Assembly (NCBI GenBank): GCA_903909465.1 | Contig: CAIVVQ010000038.1 | Span: forward strand, 1 to 61,427 | Reading direction: 5' to 3' | DNA: 61,427 nt | Source: an uncultured Opitutia bacterium | GTDB taxonomy: Bacteria; Verrucomicrobiota; Verrucomicrobiia; Opitutales; UBA953 | Part shown: positions 17,770-28,157 of the stretch, in pieces | Layout: each line of letters starts with the position of its first letter | How positions within the stretch are numbered: position 1 is the first letter of the stretch | Position numbers and translations under genes: made by a program | Notes under the pieces: generated by a model | The model's database searches: none | What the model was told of the DNA's origin: nothing | What the model saw: the letters and a program-made list of their open reading frames with translations, nothing else

Positions 17770-18999
17770 ATGGCTATTGAGTTCTTTAATGATTCTCCCG
17801 GTATTACGGATGTCCCCGGCTTTCGCCTCGGTGCGAGCGGTTGTGATATTCGCAACAAAGGGCTGGAGCGGATGGACTTGGCCTTAATCGTGGCGGACCG
17901 GCCATGCGCGACTGCCGGAGTTTTTACAACGAACGATGTCAAAGCTGCCCCAGTGCGTTTTTGTCAGGCGGCTTTAATTGCCTCTAAAGGAATGGTGCGT
18001 GGCATTGTCGCCAACAGTGGCAACGCCAACGCCTGTACTTCGGTACAAGGCGATGAAGATGCTTTAGCGATGGCAAAACTTTCAGCCGCGGCGGTGGGTG
18101 CACCGAACGAAACCTTCATGGTTTGTTCCACGGGACGGATTGGCGAATTGCTGCCCATGAAAAAAGTCGCCGCCGGAATTTCTCAGGCCGCGCAACGCCT
18201 GTCGAGTGATTCAGCCGAAGGGATGCGGGCCGCGGAAGCGATTTTAACCTCTGATACTAAGCCTAAAACTGCCACCGTGCGTTTTAATTGGCAGGGTAAA
18301 AAAATCACCATCGCCGGCTTTGCGAAGGGTGCGGGCATGATCGAGCCTAACATGGCGACAATGTTGGCGTTCGTGGCGACCGACATTTCGGCCGAGCCTG
18401 CTTTTTTAAAGACCGCGTTGAAGTCGGCGACGGATCAATCTTTTAACTGCGTCAGCGTCGATGGCGATATGTCGACCAATGACACGGTTATTTTAATGGC
18501 TTCGGGTGCCTCAGGCGTCGCAGTAAATGCGCAAGCCGACGGTGCCCTCCAAAAACTTTTCCAAGAAGCGTTGGATCGCATCTGTTTTGCGTTGGCCGAG
18601 AAAATTGTCGGCGACGGAGAAAAAATTACGAAAGTCGTGTCGGTCGAAGTCGAAGGCGCCCGCCAACGGGTCGACGCCGAAAAGATCGCTCGTGCCATCG
18701 GCAATTCACTCTTGGTGAAGTCTTCCTGGTTTGGCGAAGACCCTAATTGGGGTCGCTTAGCGGATGCCGCTGGCTACGCCCGTACCGGCCTCGATGAGGC
18801 TAAGCTAGACATCTATTATGAAGACGTTCCGGCCGTCTTGGCGGGCAAGCCTTTGCCCGAAAACAAGCCACGCTGGAAGGAAATCGTCAAAGCCCGCCAG
18901 TTTAGGGTGCGGATTAATCTGAACCTCGGTTCGGCTAAGTTTAGGCTGTTGGCATCGGATCTGACGGACGGGTATGTGAATTACAACAAGAGCGAGTAA
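17770..18999 (+). CDS. argJ: bifunctional ornithine acetyltransferase / N-acetylglutamate synthase
   Basis: Autoprocessing site context [13 protein letters not shown]; 409 aa. Confidence 0.94.
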   Translation: MAIEFFNDSPGITDVPGFRLGASGCDIRNKGLERMDLALIVADRPCATAGVFTTNDVKAAPVRFCQAALIASKGMVRGIVANSGNANACTSVQGDEDALAMAKLSAAAVGAPNETFMVCSTGRIGELLPMKKVAAGISQAAQRLSSDSAEGMRAAEAILTSDTKPKTATVRFNWQGKKITIAGFAKGAGMIEPNMATMLAFVATDISAEPAFLKTALKSATDQSFNCVSVDGDMSTNDTVILMASGASGVAVNAQADGALQKLFQEALDRICFALAEKIVGDGEKITKVVSVEVEGARQRVDAEKIARAIGNSLLVKSSWFGEDPNWGRLADAAGYARTGLDEAKLDIYYEDVPAVLAGKPLPENKPRWKEIVKARQFRVRINLNLGSAKFRLLASDLTDGYVNYNKSE

Positions 19000-19055
19000 C
19001 CGCATTTTCCATTTGCACGTCTGCCCGCACCACTGACACTGCTTTTCTGACTGTA

Positions 19056-19940
19056 ATGAGTACTCCTGCTGCTGCGCTTAAGGCCGAAGTTCTTCTCGAG
19101 GCCCTGCCGTATATCCAAAAATTCCGTGGCTCAACTTTCGTGGTTAAGTACGGCGGAAGTTTCATGGACGATCCTAGTCCAGAAGGTCGCGATCGCGTAG
19201 CGACAGACATCGCCTTCTTAGCCGCGGTCGGCATCCAAGTCGTGGTCGTACACGGTGGCGGCAAAGCCATCACGCGGGCAATGGAAGGCGCGGGAATTAA
19301 ATCCGAGTTTCGTGGCGGCATGCGCGTGACCGATGCTTCGACGGTAAAGATTGTCGAACAGACTTTGAATGTGGAAATCAATGGACAGATTTGTGATTCA
19401 TTGCGGGCACGTGGCGCGAACCCGCTGGGCATGCCCGGCAATCACGTTAACCTTTGCGAGAAACTTTTTGGGGCGGATGAAAACGGTAACCCGGTTGATA
19501 TTGGTTACGTCGGCGACATTAAATTCGTGAAAGCGAAGCTGATCAAAAAAGCTTTAGCCGATGGTTTCTTGCCCGTCGTTTCGCCAATCGCACTCGATGT
19601 GGATGACCAGGCTTACAACACGAATGCCGATGTTGCTGCCGCTGCCGTGGCCGATTCACTGCGCGCGCGCCGTTTGATTTTTATGAGCGATGTGCCCGGT
19701 CTCTTGGCCAATCCAGCCGATCCTAGCTCGTTAATTACGACCTTAAGGGTCAGCGAAGTCGACGAACTCAAGCGCAAGGGCGTGATTGCGGGCGGCATGA
19801 TTCCTAAGGTCGATAGCGCGGTGAAGGCCCTTAAAGAAGGCGTGCGTCGCGTTCACTTTATTGACGGTCGGGTACCCCATTCCTTGCTCCTCGAAGTCTT
19901 CACCGATAAAGGTGTCGGCACCGAAATCGTTCACGGCTAA
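19056..19940 (+). CDS. argB: acetylglutamate kinase
   Basis: Amino-acid kinase motifs VVKYGGS and VVVHGGG. Its stop overlaps the argD start by 1 nt (TAATG). Confidence 0.94.
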   Translation: MSTPAAALKAEVLLEALPYIQKFRGSTFVVKYGGSFMDDPSPEGRDRVATDIAFLAAVGIQVVVVHGGGKAITRAMEGAGIKSEFRGGMRVTDASTVKIVEQTLNVEINGQICDSLRARGANPLGMPGNHVNLCEKLFGADENGNPVDIGYVGDIKFVKAKLIKKALADGFLPVVSPIALDVDDQAYNTNADVAAAAVADSLRARRLIFMSDVPGLLANPADPSSLITTLRVSEVDELKRKGVIAGGMIPKVDSAVKALKEGVRRVHFIDGRVPHSLLLEVFTDKGVGTEIVHG

Positions 19941-21166
19941 TGAGTGATTCGTCACACACTTCTGATGACACCGCGGCACTGTACACACAGCACGTTGCCC
20001 ATAATTATTCGACGCCTGCTATCTCGTTGGTGCGCGGCGAGGGCACATGGGTTTGGGATTCGAACGGTAAAAAGTATTTAGATTTTGCTTCTGGTATCGC
20101 CGTGAATGCCATTGGACACGCACATCCAACCTGGGTGAAGCGTATCAGCGAGCAGGCGGCCAAGTTGGTACACGTGAGTAACCTTTATCGGAATGAACCG
20201 CAGGGTAAACTGGCTGCCAAGTTAGCGAAGTATTGCGGCGCTGGGCGGGTTTTATTTTGTAACAGTGGTGCTGAAGCCAATGAAGCACTTTTGAAATTAG
20301 CCCGACTGCACGGTAAGAAAAAATCCGGTGCCGAGGGTAAATGTTTTGGCGTGGTGGTGGCGGAACGCGCCTTCCATGGACGAACCTTCGGTGGCATGTC
20401 GGCCACTCCTCAAGAAAAAATCCAAAACGGGTTTAGGCCTTTATTAACGGGCTTTTCTGCGGCTCCGCTGAATGACATTAAAGCCTGGGATAAGGCGATC
20501 AGCGCGACCGAAACGGCCGCGGTTTTACTCGAAACCATTCAAGGAGAGGGTGGCGTCTTCGTGGCCGAACCCGCTTTCCTTCGCGACCTGCAGGCGCTCT
20601 GCAAAGTGCGTAACGTGTTATTTTTAATTGATGAAATTCAATGCGGCATTGGACGTGCCGGAAAATTCTTTGCGTATGAATATTCGGGCGTGAAGCCTGA
20701 TGCGATTGCCATGGCCAAGGGGCTCGGTGGTGGTTTCCCCATCGGCGCCATTTGGATGGCTCCGCCGCACGATGAACTTTTCCAACCTGGTTCGCACGGA
20801 ACCACTTTTGGTGGCGGTGCTTTAGCAGCGACCGCAGCTCTGGCGGTACTCGAAGTCATCGAGGGCGAAAAACTTTTAGCGAGGGTCGAGGCCCAGTCGC
20901 CCGCTTGGCATGAAGCGCTTAATGGCTTAGCCAAAAAATACCCCGCACTCATTAAAGAAGTCCGGGGCTTGGGTTACATGGTAGGTGTGGCGATGAATGT
21001 GGATCCGCTCCCGGTGGTGGCAGCGTTGCGCGAAGCAGGACTGTTGGCGGTGCCCGCGAGCGGAATTGCGATTCGCCTTTTACCGCCGTTGAACGCTTCG
21101 ACTGCCGAGCTGGCGGAAAGTGTGAAAATTTTTGATCGGGTCTTGGCAGGCGTTAAAACCGCCTAA
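19940..21166 (+). CDS. argD: acetylornithine aminotransferase
   Basis: Class-III aminotransferase with PLP-Lys context DAIAMAKGLGGGFP. Confidence 0.9.
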   Translation: MSDSSHTSDDTAALYTQHVAHNYSTPAISLVRGEGTWVWDSNGKKYLDFASGIAVNAIGHAHPTWVKRISEQAAKLVHVSNLYRNEPQGKLAAKLAKYCGAGRVLFCNSGAEANEALLKLARLHGKKKSGAEGKCFGVVVAERAFHGRTFGGMSATPQEKIQNGFRPLLTGFSAAPLNDIKAWDKAISATETAAVLLETIQGEGGVFVAEPAFLRDLQALCKVRNVLFLIDEIQCGIGRAGKFFAYEYSGVKPDAIAMAKGLGGGFPIGAIWMAPPHDELFQPGSHGTTFGGGALAATAALAVLEVIEGEKLLARVEAQSPAWHEALNGLAKKYPALIKEVRGLGYMVGVAMNVDPLPVVAALREAGLLAVPASGIAIRLLPPLNASTAELAESVKIFDRVLAGVKTA

Positions 21167-21235
21167 TCGTCCAATATAGGCACTATTTTCATCTGTCCAA
21201 AAGCTATCCAATAGCTATTTTAATTTTTTCCTTTC

Positions 21236-22183
21236 ATGCGTCACTTCCTCAAAGAGACCGATTTAACCGTTGCCGAAACCGCAGCGGTGTTCGCCCACGC
21301 GGCTGCCTTAAAGGCAGGCCGGGGGAAGGATGCGTCGTCCGCATTGGCCCGTCAGTCGTGGGGCTTGCTCTTTTTTAAGAAGAGCACGCGGACGCGGGTA
21401 TCCTTTCAAGTCGGGGTGCATGAGCTCGGTGGTTTTCCGATGATGCTCAATGCGGATGACATGCAAATCTCGCGGGGTGAAACCGTAGCGGATACCGCCA
21501 AGGTGCTTTCGCGTTACCTGCACGGCATGGTGATTCGCTGCCACGAGCATGCGTTGCTCGAAGACTTTGCGAAGTGCGGCACGATGCCCGTCGTCAACGC
21601 GCTCTCAGATTTCCTGCACCCCTGTCAGTTCATGACAGACATGTTCACCCTCGCGGAGCGTTGGTCGAAGGGGAAGCCCGAGCAGTATGCCGCTTCGCTC
21701 AAGGGTCGGAAGATTGCTTTCCTCGGTGACACTGCCTGCAACATGGCCCACTCGTTTGTGTTGGGTGGCGCCGCGCTCGGTATCGAAATCGCTTTGGCGG
21801 GTCCGAAAGGCTACGAGCCCTCGGCGGAAATTCGTGAGCAGCTTAAGCGCGATGGCTTAAAGGAGACGTTTACTTTTACGACCGACGCCGCCACGGCGGT
21901 CAAAGGTGCAGACATGGTGTACACCGATGTCTGGGTGAGTATGGGCATGGAGGCCGAGAAGGCTGAACGGCTCAAAACCATGCAACCTTACCAAGTAAAT
22001 GGGGCTTTAATGAAGCTGGCCAAGCCCGACGCCTATTTCATGCACTGCTTGCCCGCGCACCCCGGTGAAGAAGTTTCGGCGGACGTGTTGGCGAGTCCGC
22101 AGAGTATCATTTTTGACCAAGCCGAAAATCGGTTGCACGTGCAAAAGGCGATTCTCGCCTTCCTCTCCGCTGCGAAGCGGTAA
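21236..22183 (+). CDS. argF: ornithine carbamoyltransferase
   Basis: STRTR, HPCQ, DVWVSMG and HCLP motifs. Confidence 0.9.
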   Translation: MRHFLKETDLTVAETAAVFAHAAALKAGRGKDASSALARQSWGLLFFKKSTRTRVSFQVGVHELGGFPMMLNADDMQISRGETVADTAKVLSRYLHGMVIRCHEHALLEDFAKCGTMPVVNALSDFLHPCQFMTDMFTLAERWSKGKPEQYAASLKGRKIAFLGDTACNMAHSFVLGGAALGIEIALAGPKGYEPSAEIREQLKRDGLKETFTFTTDAATAVKGADMVYTDVWVSMGMEAEKAERLKTMQPYQVNGALMKLAKPDAYFMHCLPAHPGEEVSADVLASPQSIIFDQAENRLHVQKAILAFLSAAKR

Positions 22184-22200
22184 ATACTTTTATTATACAC

Positions 22201-23463
22201 ATGAGCAAAAAGAAGAAAATCGTTCTCGCCTATTCGGGTGGCCTCGACACCTCCGTCCTCCTTTCCTGGATTAAGGATAAGCACCACGCTGAGATGATCG
22301 CCTTTTGTGCGGACATCGGCCAAGAGGATGAATTGAAAGGCCTGAAGCAAAAGGCGATGAAGACGGGTGCCTCCAAGTTATATATTGATGACCTGCAGGC
22401 TGAGTTTGCCCGCGATTTTATTTTCCCGATGATGCAAGCGGGTGCGATTTACGAAGGTCAGTACTACCTCGGTACTTCAATTGCGCGTCCGTTGATCGCC
22501 AAGCGCATGGTCGAAATCGCGCGTAAAGAAGGCGCCACGGCGATTGCTCACGGTGCGACCGGGAAGGGGAACGACCAAGTGCGTTTTGAACTCACCTGTG
22601 CCGCTTTAGCACCCGATTTAGAAATCATTGCCCCCTGGCGCGACGACAGTTTCCGTAAGGATTTCCCCGGACGGGCGGAGATGATTGCGTACTGCGCGAA
22701 GCACAAGATCCCCGTCGAAGCCAGTGCGAAAAAGCCCTATTCATCGGATCGAAACCTCTTACACATTTCTTACGAAGCCGGTATTTTAGAGGACCCTTGG
22801 ATGGATGCATTTGCTCCAGTTAATAAAGCGATGTTCAAGCTCTCAGTTTCACCGGAAGACGCGCCAAATAAATCAGAGTACGTCGAATTAGAATTTCGTC
22901 AGGGCGACTGCATTGCGGTCAACGGCAAGAAATTGAGCCCGCTCGAAGTCATGCGCACCTTGAATAAGATTGGTGGCCGTCACGGCGTGGGTCGCGTGGA
23001 CATGGTCGAGAACCGTTTCGTCGGCATGAAGAGTCGCGGCGTTTACGAAACCCCGGGTGGTACGATTTTACATTTTGCGCATCGTCAAATTGAGTCGCTC
23101 ACCATGGATCGCGAAGTCATGCACCTGCGTGATTCTTTGGTCCCACGTTACGCCACTTTAGTTTACAATGGTTTCTGGTACGCACCGGAGCGCTTGGCTT
23201 TACAGGCGCTGATCATCGAGTCGCAGCGTAACGTCACGGGTACCGTGCGCGTGAAATTATATAAGGGCGGCATTTATGTGGCCGGCCGGAAGAGTCCGCG
23301 CTCCCTTTATAATCCGCATATTGCGACGATGGAAGCGGACCCTACCAAGGCTTATAATCAGAACGATGCCACGGGCTTCATTCGCCTGAATGGTTTACGT
23401 TTGCGTGTGAACTCGAAGGTCAACGGGGTGCAGAACCTCAGTAAGACCGCCGCTAAGGTTTAA
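22201..23463 (+). CDS. argG: argininosuccinate synthase
   Basis: [11 protein letters not shown]-loop; 420 aa. Confidence 0.95.
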   Translation: MSKKKKIVLAYSGGLDTSVLLSWIKDKHHAEMIAFCADIGQEDELKGLKQKAMKTGASKLYIDDLQAEFARDFIFPMMQAGAIYEGQYYLGTSIARPLIAKRMVEIARKEGATAIAHGATGKGNDQVRFELTCAALAPDLEIIAPWRDDSFRKDFPGRAEMIAYCAKHKIPVEASAKKPYSSDRNLLHISYEAGILEDPWMDAFAPVNKAMFKLSVSPEDAPNKSEYVELEFRQGDCIAVNGKKLSPLEVMRTLNKIGGRHGVGRVDMVENRFVGMKSRGVYETPGGTILHFAHRQIESLTMDREVMHLRDSLVPRYATLVYNGFWYAPERLALQALIIESQRNVTGTVRVKLYKGGIYVAGRKSPRSLYNPHIATMEADPTKAYNQNDATGFIRLNGLRLRVNSKVNGVQNLSKTAAKV

Positions 23464-23472
23464 TATGAATAT

Positions 23473-23502
23473 AAAAAAGGCGTCCGAGGGACGCCTTTTT
23501 TG
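23473..23502. terminator. bidirectional intrinsic terminator between argG (+) and tRNA-Cys (-)
   Basis: AAAAAA-GGCGTCC-GAG-GGACGCC-TTTTTT; the A-run and T-run flank a 7-bp GC stem. Confidence 0.85.
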
Positions 23503-23510
23503 TTTTAAAT

Positions 23511-23585
23511 TGGAGGCGCGGGTCGGAATTGAACCGACGCATGGGGCTTTTGCAGAGCCCGGCCTTACCACTTGGCTACCGCGCC
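23511..23585 (-). tRNA. tRNA-Cys (GCA)
   Basis: Reverse complement GGCGCGG-TA-GCC-AAGTGGTAA-GGC-C-GGGCT-CTGCAAA-AGCCC-CATGC-GTCGG-TTCAATT-CCGAC-CCGCGCC-T-CCA folds as a cloverleaf. Anticodon is GCA, discriminator is U73, and CCA is encoded. Confidence 0.93.
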
Positions 23586-23682
23586 TAACATTGACTAGGG
23601 GCCATGCTGACTCACCTCACCTTTCTTTCAAGGGTTTTATGCATGGGCTTTCCTTTCGCCGAATACCGTGTAAATAAGGGGT

Positions 23683-24174
23683 ATGTTGCCTCCGCCCCCA
23701 TTTCGCATCGGTCAAGGGTACGATATTCATCCCCTGGTGGCGGGTCGCACTTGTATTTTGGGCGGCGTCAAAATCCCGTCTGACGTGGGCCCTGATGGGC
23801 ACTCGGATGCGGATGTATTATTGCACGCCTTGGCAGATGCGATTTTAGGGGCCGCAGGGTTGCGTGATATCGGTCATTATTTCCCTAACACCGATCCCGC
23901 TTTGCAGGGCATAAATTCGGGCGTGATTGTAAAAAAAGCCGTGAGCGAAGTCATGGCGCTGGGTTGGAGAATTGGGAACGTCGACCTAGTGGTGTTGGCC
24001 GAGCGACCCAAGGTCAGTCCGCATATTTCGGATATGAAAAAAAGTGTCGCACAGCTTCTGGGGATCGAGGTCGGCCAAGTGGGAATTAAGGCGACGACCA
24101 ACGAGGGGATGGATGCGATTGGGCAGGGTAAGGCTTTGGCCGTGCAGGCCGTTTGCCTAATTTATCGTGGCTAA
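23683..24174 (+). CDS. ispF: 2-C-methyl-D-erythritol 2,4-cyclodiphosphate synthase
   Basis: GQGYDIHPL and GHSDADVLLHALADAILGA motifs. Confidence 0.94.
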   Translation: MLPPPPFRIGQGYDIHPLVAGRTCILGGVKIPSDVGPDGHSDADVLLHALADAILGAAGLRDIGHYFPNTDPALQGINSGVIVKKAVSEVMALGWRIGNVDLVVLAERPKVSPHISDMKKSVAQLLGIEVGQVGIKATTNEGMDAIGQGKALAVQAVCLIYRG

Positions 24175-24256
24175 ACTGGCTTTTTCGCCATTGGGCTTGT
24201 CAAAAGACTAAGAAAAGCCCATTTTTAAGGGCTACTCTCTTTGGAGGGTAACCCTA

Positions 24257-24691
24257 ATGGAACAGACCCTTATCATTCTAAAGCCCGACTGTATGGAGCG
24301 CCGTCTCTACGGCACCGTCCTGGCCCGATTTGAGGCAGAAGGTTTTGATATCATTGCCTGTAAGTTGACGGTGTTGACCAAGGCCCAATTACGTGAGCAC
24401 TACATTCACGTGGCCGATAAGCCTTTTTACCCAGACATCGAAGCCTTCATGTCTTCGCGTCCGGTGATTATCGCCGTACTCGCAGGCGATAAAGTAATTT
24501 CACGTGTGCGCGACTTATTGGGTCCGACTAATTCGAAGGTAGCTCCGAAGGGAACCATCCGCGGAGATTTTGGTACCGAGATGATGCGCAATGTTTGTCA
24601 CGCCTCGGATAGTCCTGAAGCAGCGTCGGCCGAAATCCATCGCTTCTTTAAGGCGGGCGAAGTTTTTCAGCCTGCGGCGGTTCGAGAGTAA
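24257..24691 (+). CDS. ndk: nucleoside diphosphate kinase
   Basis: TLIILKPD N-terminus and catalytic His in NVCHASDS. Confidence 0.93.
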   Translation: MEQTLIILKPDCMERRLYGTVLARFEAEGFDIIACKLTVLTKAQLREHYIHVADKPFYPDIEAFMSSRPVIIAVLAGDKVISRVRDLLGPTNSKVAPKGTIRGDFGTEMMRNVCHASDSPEAASAEIHRFFKAGEVFQPAAVRE

Positions 24692-24738
24692 GCCACTGCG
24701 GTTTGCATCTTTTAAAAACTTTCGGGGTTTTAAAATTC

Positions 24739-25368
24739 ATGAAACCCTTCCTCTTTCTTTTCTTCGGATTATTTATAATCCAAACGGAAGCGGCGGAAAC
24801 GGCTGCACCTAAAACGACGGCGGGCTTTGTTTTAAAGAGTTCGGTGGTGGCCGAAGGAGCTGCGATTCCCATTGAATTTACAGGGGATGGCGCAGGTATC
24901 AGTCCGCCCATCGAATGGAAAGGCGCCCCCGCGCAAACGAAATCATACGTGGTGATTATGCACCACTTTCCGCACGAAGGGGATCCGGCGCGCTGGTATT
25001 GGACACTTTATAATATTCCTGCCAATGTGTCGTCGTTGCCGAAAGGCGTGAAGGGCGTTGGCATCAACGGAACGAATTGCGTGGGACCGGAGTTGGCGTA
25101 TGCGCCACCGCATTCGAAAGGGCCCGGGGTAAAGAAATACACGATCACCGTTTATGCTTTATCCGAAGCGCCTAAAATTTCGGCGTCACCTAAGTCGGTG
25201 AATCGCGACAGCTTATTGGCCGCGATTAAGGGTATCACGCTCGCACAGGCTGAACTTAATTTTACCTACGATCGCACGGGGGTGGTGGGTGCAGATTCAT
25301 CGAGTGATGCACGATCGACTAAGCCAAAGCGCGATTCGGCAAAGCCCGCCGCACCTCCGGGCCAATAA
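24739..25368 (+). CDS. secreted YbhB/YbcL (PEBP/Raf-kinase-inhibitor-like) family protein
   Basis: Signal peptide MKPFLFLFFGLFIIQTEA from the internal ATG, then a PEBP-like core (ISPPIEWKGAP..., YTITVYAL). Confidence 0.7.
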   Translation: MKPFLFLFFGLFIIQTEAAETAAPKTTAGFVLKSSVVAEGAAIPIEFTGDGAGISPPIEWKGAPAQTKSYVVIMHHFPHEGDPARWYWTLYNIPANVSSLPKGVKGVGINGTNCVGPELAYAPPHSKGPGVKKYTITVYALSEAPKISASPKSVNRDSLLAAIKGITLAQAELNFTYDRTGVVGADSSSDARSTKPKRDSAKPAAPPGQ

Positions 25369-25430
25369 TTTTTGGCCTCTTAGCGACTTCCCCGTTGCCC
25401 TCGGGTGGGGTTATTTCGCAATGTCCATCC

Positions 25431-26699
25431 ATGTTGGATCCCAAGCTGCTTCGTGAACAAACCGACTTTGTCCGCAAGGGCATTGCTCGTAAGAAATTTC
25501 AGGTCGACCTCGATGCGGTGCTAGCGGCCGACGAGGTGCGCCGTCACGCGGTCGTGGAGTTTGAATCCGCCCGGGCAGAGCAGAATGCAGCCAATAAAGA
25601 AATGGCGGCGATGCCCAAGGGTTCGCCTGAGTTTCAGGCAAAATTGTTGGAGATGAAAACCGCTTCTGCACGCGTCAAAGAGCTCGAGAAAAAAGTCACG
25701 GAGGCCGAAGAAGTTTGGAAGCACGTCGGTTTAACGGTGCCCAACGTGCCGCACGAATCGGTGCCCGAGGGTCGTACGGAGGCCGACAATAAAGTTGTGG
25801 CTACCTGGGGTGATGAGACGAAGTTAGTTTCCGCAGCAGCCAAGCCGCACTGGGATATCGCATGGTTTGCGAAGGCGATTGATTTCGAACGCGGCGTCAA
25901 AGTAACGGGTGCCGGTTTCCCATTCTACGTTGGCGACATGGCACGCCTCGTACGGGCGTTGATTCAATATTTCTTAGAAGAGGCCAATGGTGCGGGTTAC
26001 ACCGAAGTGCATGCGCCATTATTGGTGAATGCCGCCAGTGCCACCGCGACCGGTCAATTGCCCGATAAAGAAGGCCAGATGTACCACGCGCAGACGGATG
26101 ATTTTTATATGATTCCAACCGCCGAGGTGCCGGTGACGAATTTCTATCGCGACGAAATTATCGATGAAGCGGCCTTGCCTGTGAAGCGCTGTGGTTACAC
26201 GCCGTGTTTCCGACGTGAAGCGGGCAGCTGGGGCGCACACGTTCGCGGACTCAATCGCTTGCACCAATTCGATAAAGTTGAACTCGTGAAATGGGTACAC
26301 CCCGATCAATCCTTTGCCGAATTGGAATTACTGCGTGGCGATGCGGAACGCTTATTACAAAAATTAAATTTACCTTACCGCGTGTTGCTCATTTGCGCGG
26401 GTGACATCGGTTTTGCTCACAGCAAGCAATACGATTTAGAAGTCTGGGCAGGCGGACAGAAGCGCTGGCTGGAGGTTTCGAGCTGTTCGAACTTTACCGA
26501 CTTCCAAGCGCGCCGTGCCGGCATACGTTTCCGTCCGAAAGATGGAAAACCTGAGTTCGTGCACACCTTGAACGGTTCAGGTTTGGGCCTGCCGCGGGTC
26601 TTGGCTGCCATTTTAGAAAATAATCTTCAGCCTGATGGCTCGGTGATTATTCCCGAGGCCTTGCGTCGCTGGTACGGTAAAGAAACGCTTAAGTTTTAA
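25431..26699 (+). CDS. serS: seryl-tRNA synthetase
   Basis: MLDPKLLREQ start, coiled-coil arm, class II motifs (TAEVP, CFRREAGSWG). Confidence 0.95.
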   Translation: MLDPKLLREQTDFVRKGIARKKFQVDLDAVLAADEVRRHAVVEFESARAEQNAANKEMAAMPKGSPEFQAKLLEMKTASARVKELEKKVTEAEEVWKHVGLTVPNVPHESVPEGRTEADNKVVATWGDETKLVSAAAKPHWDIAWFAKAIDFERGVKVTGAGFPFYVGDMARLVRALIQYFLEEANGAGYTEVHAPLLVNAASATATGQLPDKEGQMYHAQTDDFYMIPTAEVPVTNFYRDEIIDEAALPVKRCGYTPCFRREAGSWGAHVRGLNRLHQFDKVELVKWVHPDQSFAELELLRGDAERLLQKLNLPYRVLLICAGDIGFAHSKQYDLEVWAGGQKRWLEVSSCSNFTDFQARRAGIRFRPKDGKPEFVHTLNGSGLGLPRVLAAILENNLQPDGSVIIPEALRRWYGKETLKF

Positions 26700-26745
26700 G
26701 TTCGCTTTAGATTGGCAGGGCGGGGTGAAGCACTAAGGTCGGAAT

Positions 26746-28146
26746 GTGTCCGAAGCGTTACCACCTGCAGTCGATTTACGCCAAGTCTGCACGCGGTTGC
26801 CAGCGTTGCCGCTCTTGGCTTTAGAAAAATTAGAAACCATTGGAGTGGCGGTTTCGGGCGGGGCCGACTCGGTTTATTTATTGGCGGCCCTGTGGGCGAA
26901 TCCGGATTACCGCAACCGCTTACACGTCTTACATTTTAATCACCGTGTACGCGGGGCCGAATCCGATCGGGACGAAGTATTTGTCCAAAACTTTTCAGCG
27001 GCATTGGGAATTCCCTGCGTGGTGGGCCGTCGGAACGAATCGGGCGTGGCGACAGAGTTAGCCCTGCGAGAAGCGCGCAACGCGTTTTTCGCTCAGCAGC
27101 GCGCAGCCTTGAAATTAAAAATTATTTGTACCGCACACCATGTTGACGACGTTGCGGAAACGATGCTCATGCGTTTAGCGCGTGGTGCGGGGCTGAATGG
27201 ACTGTCAGCGCCGCGAGTTTGGCAGGTCTTACACGATGGACACATGCGTTATCGGCCCCTGATTGCAGCGGGCCTGAATAAGAAAACCATTTTACATCAA
27301 TTGCAGGAAGCGAAAATCCCTTGGCGTGAAGATGCAACTAATGCTTTGCCCATTGCTTGGCGCAACCGCGTGCGCGCTTGGTTGGCGGTTGGAGCGGAGA
27401 CGGTTTTGGGTGAACGCTATGCCGACGGATTTGCCCATTCGGCACAGGTGATTGAGCAATCTAGGCAGGCATTACTTTCTTGGGCGGATGAACTAGGTGC
27501 GGGAGTCGTCGACGGGGTGATGTCGGTCAAAGCACTACGCGGTCGTCCACGTGGATTGATTCATGTCGCAGTGGCGAGGTTTCTTCAGCATCACGGTCTA
27601 GGTTTTGCCAGTGGACGCTCTGTTGAGCTTTTAGTCGATGCGATGGAGTGTGGCTTGGAAATTCAGGTTTCTGTTTTGGGTCACCAAGTGAAAATTAAAA
27701 ATGGCGCAGTTCGAGTGGTGCAGGAGTCCTCGGCGCCACTGGGTTCTGATTTAAGAAATTTAACGCTCGGAGTGCTCGACGATGAATGCGGACTCTTGGC
27801 TGAAGTGGTTACGGTTGATGCGTCACTCTGGGAAAAGTTGTCTCGTGGCGACATTCCGCCCGATCGCGAAGTCTACTTATCGGCCGCCGCACTGGGTGCC
27901 TTGGCTTGGCGGGGCAGGGTGGAGGGTGATCGTTATCAGTCGTTGGGCTTGAAGGGCGTGGCTAAAGTTTCTGACTTACTCATTAATCGTAAAGTCCCAT
28001 TGATTCATCGGGAAACCCTTCCCGTGGTATTGAAGGGCGACGAAATTTTGTGGGTTCCATCCATTCCTCCGGCGGAATTATATAAGTTAAACGGCCCCAC
28101 AGAAAGGGCTCTCAGATTGACTTGGCTTAGCCCCTGCTTAGGTTGA
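26746..28146 (+). CDS. tilS: tRNA(Ile)-lysidine synthetase
   Basis: PP-loop VSGGADSVYLL and HHVDD motif. GTG start as given in the track. Confidence 0.88.
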   Translation: MSEALPPAVDLRQVCTRLPALPLLALEKLETIGVAVSGGADSVYLLAALWANPDYRNRLHVLHFNHRVRGAESDRDEVFVQNFSAALGIPCVVGRRNESGVATELALREARNAFFAQQRAALKLKIICTAHHVDDVAETMLMRLARGAGLNGLSAPRVWQVLHDGHMRYRPLIAAGLNKKTILHQLQEAKIPWREDATNALPIAWRNRVRAWLAVGAETVLGERYADGFAHSAQVIEQSRQALLSWADELGAGVVDGVMSVKALRGRPRGLIHVAVARFLQHHGLGFASGRSVELLVDAMECGLEIQVSVLGHQVKIKNGAVRVVQESSAPLGSDLRNLTLGVLDDECGLLAEVVTVDASLWEKLSRGDIPPDREVYLSAAALGALAWRGRVEGDRYQSLGLKGVAKVSDLLINRKVPLIHRETLPVVLKGDEILWVPSIPPAELYKLNGPTERALRLTWLSPCLG

Positions 28147-28157
28147 ATCCTCCGCCA

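Noticed and set aside
18941-19441. 166-aa minus-strand ORF across the argJ/argB junction
   Set aside because: It is antisense to two well-supported arg genes, with compositionally biased shadow-ORF sequence.
23465-23677. 70-aa plus-strand ORF over tRNA-Cys
   Set aside because: The sequence folds as a canonical tRNA-Cys on the opposite strand, so the ORF is incidental.
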